This document shows, in pieces, positions 38,201 to 43,006 of a stretch of 43,006 nucleotides of DNA. Each line of letters opens with the position of its first letter. Within the stretch, counting starts at the first letter, position 1. The notes beneath the pieces are model-generated. The model was not told the origin of the DNA, did no database searches, and saw only the letters and a list, made by a program, of their open reading frames with translations. The translations under genes were made by a program, and so were the position numbers. The DNA comes from Promethearchaeota archaeon. Its GTDB lineage: Archaea > Asgardarchaeota > Lokiarchaeia > Sigyniarchaeales > SOKP01. Location of the stretch: assembly GCA_019058245.1 (NCBI GenBank), contig JAHPZJ010000022.1:55746-98751 (forward strand). Direction: 5' to 3'.

Positions 38201-38800
38201 TTAGCTTAAAAGACTTTTACCATATTGCTTGGCGGCTTCAAATAAATCTGGATTTGAATACTGAAATCTTAAAAAGAAGTCATTGAGAATTGTGTTGTAA
38301 ATCTCATTCACATCACTATTTTTATTGAAAAGTTCAAAACAATATATAAAATTCAAATCTTTTGTGATTTTTTCTAATTGAAATCTACTGATTTTAAATT
38401 TCTTTGAAGAAGGTTTATTCAAGATTTGTTCAATATTCAGTCCAACTAAAATCGATAATCCTTGAAAAGCAAATGTTTGAATAAACTCTTCTACTGATAA
38501 TTTAGTAATATTTTTTACTGAATCAGGCTCATATAAGTCTAAAGTAAGGATTATTACATCAATTTTTTGAACATTATCAAAATCGTAAATTAGATTATCT
38601 ATTTTTTCATATGTATAAATTTTAATTTTAATAGGTATTTGCTTGAATACTATTAGAACTTCATAATTATCATCAGAAAGATTAGACTTTATAGCACTAG
38701 TTTTCAAGCTATCAAAAAAAATTTCGTTTAAATATTCCTTATTACCAATGATTCCAATCCGTAAACTATAGCTAATTTTCTTCAAGAAAATTCTTTCCAA
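38201..38800 (-). CDS. Degenerate Ras/Rab-like small GTPase fold protein
   Basis: LRIGIIG (beta1), IKIKIY (beta3), DVIILTLDLYEPDSVKNI, ILVGLN, CFE and DVNEIYNTI follow the Ras topology, but GxxxxGK, DxxG and NKxD are absent. Confidence 0.68.
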   Translation of the reverse strand: MERIFLKKISYSLRIGIIGNKEYLNEIFFDSLKTSAIKSNLSDDNYEVLIVFKQIPIKIKIYTYEKIDNLIYDFDNVQKIDVIILTLDLYEPDSVKNITKLSVEEFIQTFAFQGLSILVGLNIEQILNKPSSKKFKISRFQLEKITKDLNFIYCFELFNKNSDVNEIYNTILNDFFLRFQYSNPDLFEAAKQYGKSLLS

Positions 38801-38911
38801 AAATAATTATTATTGTATTTAATTTTCTATTATTAAATTATTTTAATAAAAAAATATAGTAGAACTTTTATTCTCAATAATTATCAATTATTAACTGCAA
38901 TTTGATTATAT

Positions 38912-39886
38912 TTGCTACGAGTTTATTTAGAACTAATTCTTATGGTTATTATCTGGAGTTTTTCATTTATTATAGTTGATATAGCTTTAGAATTCATTCC
39001 ACCCTTATCCCTTGCACTGTATCGATTAGTAATTACTTCATGCACGTTTCTGATAATTGATATTTACCTAAGAATTAAAAAAAAAAATATATCTTTTAAA
39101 GATAATGAGAATAATAAAACAAAATTTTTGAGAAGTGATTGGCTCTTAATTATACTTTCAAGTTTTATGGGAATCTCATTATTTTTCTACGCTCAGTATT
39201 CAGCAATCGAAATTATTGGACCATCTCTTCCAGCATTATTTGTTTGTTTGATAACACCTGTTATTATTACTATTTTAACCTTAATTTTTTTTAATGAAAG
39301 AATAAATAGATTCCAAATAGTTGGATTTATAATAGCAACGATTGGAGGGTTCTTATTAGTAACAGGAGGAGATATTACTACGCTTACACTTAAATCTCCT
39401 AATTTTTTAGGTTATCTATTTGCATTAATGACTCCCATATTTTGGGCTATATTTTCTATAGCAACTAAAAAATTATCGCAATCCCACTCAAGTAACTCTA
39501 TTAATAAATATATAGCCTATATTGCTACATTTGAATTAGTGATTTTTACTTTAATCAACAATGAATTTCAAGTTTTCCTTAATAATTTTTTGAATATTCA
39601 ACTATTCATCTGCGCCTTATATTTAGGAATTTTATGTTATATTATAGGGTATTATATTTGGCAAAATTCACAAAAAAAATTAAAATCCTCTAATGTTGCC
39701 TCATTTCTATACATTGAACCCTTTCTTACTCTATTTTTTTCAATTTTGCTTCAAAGAAGTGAATCAATTGTCTTGTGGAATATTGTTGGTGGAATCATTG
39801 TATTGATTGCTGTATTTATCATAAATTATAAAGAAAAAAATCAAAAAGAAGATGAATCAGATTACTCTGATATTAAAAATCTTTAG
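38912..39886 (+). CDS. DMT/EamA family transporter
   Basis: IIWSFSF, PPLSLALYR, FFNERI, SFLYIEP; about 10 TM segments. Confidence 0.92.
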   Translation: MLRVYLELILMVIIWSFSFIIVDIALEFIPPLSLALYRLVITSCTFLIIDIYLRIKKKNISFKDNENNKTKFLRSDWLLIILSSFMGISLFFYAQYSAIEIIGPSLPALFVCLITPVIITILTLIFFNERINRFQIVGFIIATIGGFLLVTGGDITTLTLKSPNFLGYLFALMTPIFWAIFSIATKKLSQSHSSNSINKYIAYIATFELVIFTLINNEFQVFLNNFLNIQLFICALYLGILCYIIGYYIWQNSQKKLKSSNVASFLYIEPFLTLFFSILLQRSESIVLWNIVGGIIVLIAVFIINYKEKNQKEDESDYSDIKNL

Positions 39887-40044
39887 GTTTCCTTAAGCAT
39901 TTATAATAATCTATTTAGTTTGATTTGACTACGAGAGTTCTATTAAGAATTTAATAAATTAGTAAAAAAAACATATATACTTATACACTATATTAGATTT
40001 AAAAAATGATTTCAAAAATAATCAAAAAATAAAGGTGAAGAATT

Positions 40045-40533
40045 ATTCCAAGACGTTATTATGCTAAATCTAAGAAGACCTATGCAAAAGATCAAAGTTT
40101 TACTCAAGACCAGGTAGGAGAAGAAAAAGAACGCTATTTAATCAGTATAGAATTAATGAGCTTAAAGACTTTAAAAGATTATGATATTATGGGATGGCGT
40201 GGAGAGTTTTACTTTAAGGTAGACGGTAGTAAGACCTTCAAGGCGAGATGGCCGAATAAAGGCACGATTAAACTACAAAGGAATCAAGAATTTACATCCA
40301 AAGCGGATATGTCTCTCTGGAGTCAATTTAAAACAGTTCGAGTAGGCAAACCAGCCGTAGAGAAAATTAAGGTCATTTTAAGAGAAATGGATCACATGAA
40401 AAAGGATGAAACAATCGCTGAACAAGAATTCGAAATCAACCTTCCTTCGAAAACAGAATACGTCATTTTGCAAGACGACAAAGAGAATACAAAAGCCAAA
40501 CTCCGAATCCAAGCAACAAGAACGAGATATTAA
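40045..40533 (+). CDS. C2-like beta-sandwich protein; start extended to ATT 40045 (track start ATG 40156)
   Basis: The frame is open from 40039 and AGGTGA lies 6 nt before ATT-CCA-AGA (MPRRYY...). The extension supplies strand RYLISIELMSL; GEFYFKV and KVILREMDHMKKDETI resemble C2 loops. Confidence 0.6.
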   Translation: MPRRYYAKSKKTYAKDQSFTQDQVGEEKERYLISIELMSLKTLKDYDIMGWRGEFYFKVDGSKTFKARWPNKGTIKLQRNQEFTSKADMSLWSQFKTVRVGKPAVEKIKVILREMDHMKKDETIAEQEFEINLPSKTEYVILQDDKENTKAKLRIQATRTRY

Positions 40534-40906
40534 GATCTCTCTATTTATTATAATAATTTTTTTTTAAACTCTCTGATATTGATGATTAATTAAATCTTAT
40601 AGCTAAAAGTATAAAATTAAACAAAAACAGAACTAAAACCACAAAACTGATAATCTTCCGTTGTTACCTTTATTGTTGAACAACAATTATTTAATAAGAC
40701 ATCTTTTTATTGGTATGAAAATAACGGATTTGAGTTTTTGGGGACAAATGAAGGTGAAAATAAAGCAAAATCATTTAAATTTAAAATCTTTGTCCATTGG
40801 AATGACTAATAAGTGAATGGTTTTTCATGATCCCATCTTTTAATATTTATAAATTACTTTACGAATTAGATGATTATTATGAGAAAATTAAAAACAGGAG
40901 GATAAA

Positions 40907-41989
40907 ATGCCTGCAGTAAAACCTTCAGATGGTCCAGTTGCTGTAACTGGGGCTTCAGGCTATATGGGTTCCCATGTGGTTATCGCTTTGATGAAACATG
41001 GATATACTATACATGCCTGTTTGAGAGATCCGAATAATCCCGATAAGACTGAACATTTACAGGCACTTAATAGTGGTGACTATGCGGGTCATGTGGAACT
41101 TTTTACAGCTAATTTGCTCGAGAAAGGTAGTTACGATGAACCATTCGCTAATTGTTGTGCTGTATTACACGTTGGAACTCCAATGGGTTATGGTGGTGAT
41201 AATAATCCTCGTCAAATATACGAAGGTGCTTTAAACGGCACTCAAAATGTCCTTGATTCAGTTCAGAAAGTGGGTACAGTAAAAAGGTTTGTATACACTA
41301 GCTCTTTTTCTGCTATATATCACCCCACACGTTCTGGTTATGTATATACTGAAAAAGACTGGGCTACAGATAATCGTGAGAATGATCCAAATTGGAGCGT
41401 AGATAGAATCGATATTGATGGCGAGATGTCCTATGCTATGGCAAAAGTCGAGGTCGAGCATATATCGAATCGTTTTGCTGAGGAAGATGGTCGTTTTGAA
41501 GTCATTTCTGTATGTCCCATTGCGGTACTTGGCCCTCTTCTTTCCCCAGTTCATGAACGAGTGGGTTCTTGGCAATGGTATCTTGGTCTTATGCTGGCAG
41601 GTAAACCATGTCAACAAAATTGGCAATCTTTATGGAATATTATTGATGTACGTGATGTTGCTGAAACACAAGCTCTTATAATTGAAAATAATATCTGTAA
41701 AAATGGATGGCGTTATATGTTAAGTGCTACGGATGAATCTGGAGAACTCGACGTGTTTCAACTTCAAGCACATTTACAAAAGTTATTTCCTAATATTGAT
41801 GTAGGTGGTGCTCCAGATGCAATTAAACCAATGATTGAGAAGTATGGAAGCGTCTACCAATCACCTCTTGCTCATTGTGATAAGGCTCGAGAAGAATTAG
41901 GTCTTGAAACCCATTCCATCGAGGATACATTATACGAAACAGGGAGAACCATGATTGATCTTGGTTTAGTGAAACCAGCTTTAAAATAA
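40907..41989 (+). CDS. Extended SDR, NAD(P)-dependent epimerase/aldehyde reductase (DFR/GRE2-like)
   Basis: VTGASGYMG, VYTSS, YAMAK, IIDVRDVA; strong AGGAGG ribosome-binding site. Confidence 0.92.
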   Translation: MPAVKPSDGPVAVTGASGYMGSHVVIALMKHGYTIHACLRDPNNPDKTEHLQALNSGDYAGHVELFTANLLEKGSYDEPFANCCAVLHVGTPMGYGGDNNPRQIYEGALNGTQNVLDSVQKVGTVKRFVYTSSFSAIYHPTRSGYVYTEKDWATDNRENDPNWSVDRIDIDGEMSYAMAKVEVEHISNRFAEEDGRFEVISVCPIAVLGPLLSPVHERVGSWQWYLGLMLAGKPCQQNWQSLWNIIDVRDVAETQALIIENNICKNGWRYMLSATDESGELDVFQLQAHLQKLFPNIDVGGAPDAIKPMIEKYGSVYQSPLAHCDKAREELGLETHSIEDTLYETGRTMIDLGLVKPALK

Positions 41990-42037
41990 ACAATATGAGT
42001 AAAATTCTTTAAAAAGAAAATTTCTTCTTTCTCTTTT

Positions 42038-42736
42038 TTAATCAAACTCTTCAATTTCAGGAGTTTTGCCAAGCTTTTCAATAATATTTATTATATCTTC
42101 AGCAAGTTCATAACGTTCAGCTCGATATTTCTCCCGATTTAATCTTTTTTCTACTTTTAATGGTGTACCGACTTTTACTTTTATTCCATTTCCCGAAAAC
42201 ATATTTAAAATCTTTGTTTTTTCTGTATATATGGCAATTGGAATAATAGGTGCTTGTCCTACTATTGCGAACTTTATTATTGCTGCCATTGATTTTATCT
42301 GTACTTCACGATCATGTCGCGATTCGGGTGTCATTCCCACTAGATCCCCTTTCTCATTTAAAATCTCAAATATTTTATCGATCGGTTCAGTATCATCTTT
42401 ACTTTCAGTTCCTCGAATCATTCCAAGGCTTTTCAAAACAGGACCCGCTATTTGATGTTTCATTAATTTTGGATCAAGCATGAAATGAATTTTTCGACCT
42501 GAAACTTGGCTTATTATTAGCATATCACGAATTATGTTTGATGCGACTGTCGTTAAGATAGCTTTTCCTCTAAATGGAATATTTTCTTTTCCTTCGATTT
42601 TTAAATCCATGAATGTTTTTAAAAAGAGCCCGCTTACACCCTTTACAGCAGCATATAAGATATCAAAAGCAATTAATTTTGGATTTAATTTATCTCCTTC
42701 TTCTTTTATTTTCATTTCTGGTTCTGATTCAACCAT
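42038..42736 (-). CDS. PlsC/lysophospholipid acyltransferase-like protein with degenerate catalytic motifs
   Basis: IEGKENIP..GKAIL, IHFM, GPVLKSLGMI, APIIPIAI and VKVGTPL are PlsC hallmarks; the HxxxxD His is missing and FPEG reads TPES. Confidence 0.8.
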   Translation of the reverse strand: MVESEPEMKIKEEGDKLNPKLIAFDILYAAVKGVSGLFLKTFMDLKIEGKENIPFRGKAILTTVASNIIRDMLIISQVSGRKIHFMLDPKLMKHQIAGPVLKSLGMIRGTESKDDTEPIDKIFEILNEKGDLVGMTPESRHDREVQIKSMAAIIKFAIVGQAPIIPIAIYTEKTKILNMFSGNGIKVKVGTPLKVEKRLNREKYRAERYELAEDIINIIEKLGKTPEIEEFD

Positions 42737-43006
42737 ATAAAAATCTCCTTATTTTTTAATAAACATAATTCATAATTCTATAATTATCTTTAATTAAAGA
42801 CTTGTTTATTTAAAAAGCTAATGACTAATATAATATTGACAAAAGTATGAGATAAGAAAGTGAGGATTTTAGAATATCTATAGGGAATCAACCTGTAAGT
42901 CTTCTTTTAAAATTGAATTTGACTTCGCTTTCTATTTTCTATTAAAGTATCAAATTTATTTTAAATAACTATAGTTTTAAATGAGGTTATTTAATAAAAG
43001 AAAAAT

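Noticed and set aside
40654-40809. Short frame with WYENNGFEFLG, reminiscent of a GNAT C-terminal motif
   Set aside because: No suitable start, only about 50 codons and one weak motif; at most a remnant
36520-42740. ORFs 36520, 41258, 41415, 41872, 42231, 42250 and 42534
   Set aside because: Overlap supported genes and show no family motifs
1-43006. CRISPR arrays, tRNA/rRNA genes, IS elements, integrases
   Set aside because: No regularly spaced repeats, GC-rich structured intergenic segments or transposase/integrase motifs were seen by eye; a covariance-model search would be needed to exclude small RNAs

Overview
AT-rich archaeal chromosomal window, most consistent with an Asgard archaeon (Lokiarchaeia-like). 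The evidence is a stand-alone gelsolin domain, a degenerate small GTPase, roadblock-like, GRAM/PH-like and 7TM proteins, plus Alba, a histone, archaeal Taw2 and GGTGA/GAGG ribosome-binding sites. The left part holds a truncated secreted protein (3 GATase-like domains plus Ig repeats) that the ORF track misses. Next come alba and a short-alpha3 (face-to-face type) histone, converging on a divergent herA-nurA-mre11-rad50 operon preceded by a UvrD/PcrA helicase. The rest mixes housekeeping genes (nth, taw2, TRM11-like methylase, PfpI, rhomboid, Sir2, acyl-CoA ligase, FGGY kinase, class III aminotransferase, EamA, SDR) with eukaryote-like modules. Four observations stand out. (1) At least two, perhaps three, genes appear to start at ATT. 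(2) alba and the histone share an identical 15-nt pre-start leader, and alba has a perfect palindrome upstream. (3) A 703-aa cytosolic multi-beta-sandwich protein has an N-terminus reminiscent of an adaptor mu-homology domain. (4) Several enzyme folds (GTPase, PlsC, Mrr, PIMT) have lost catalytic motifs. No rRNA, tRNA, CRISPR array or mobile element was recognised. All family calls come from motif recognition by eye, not database searches.
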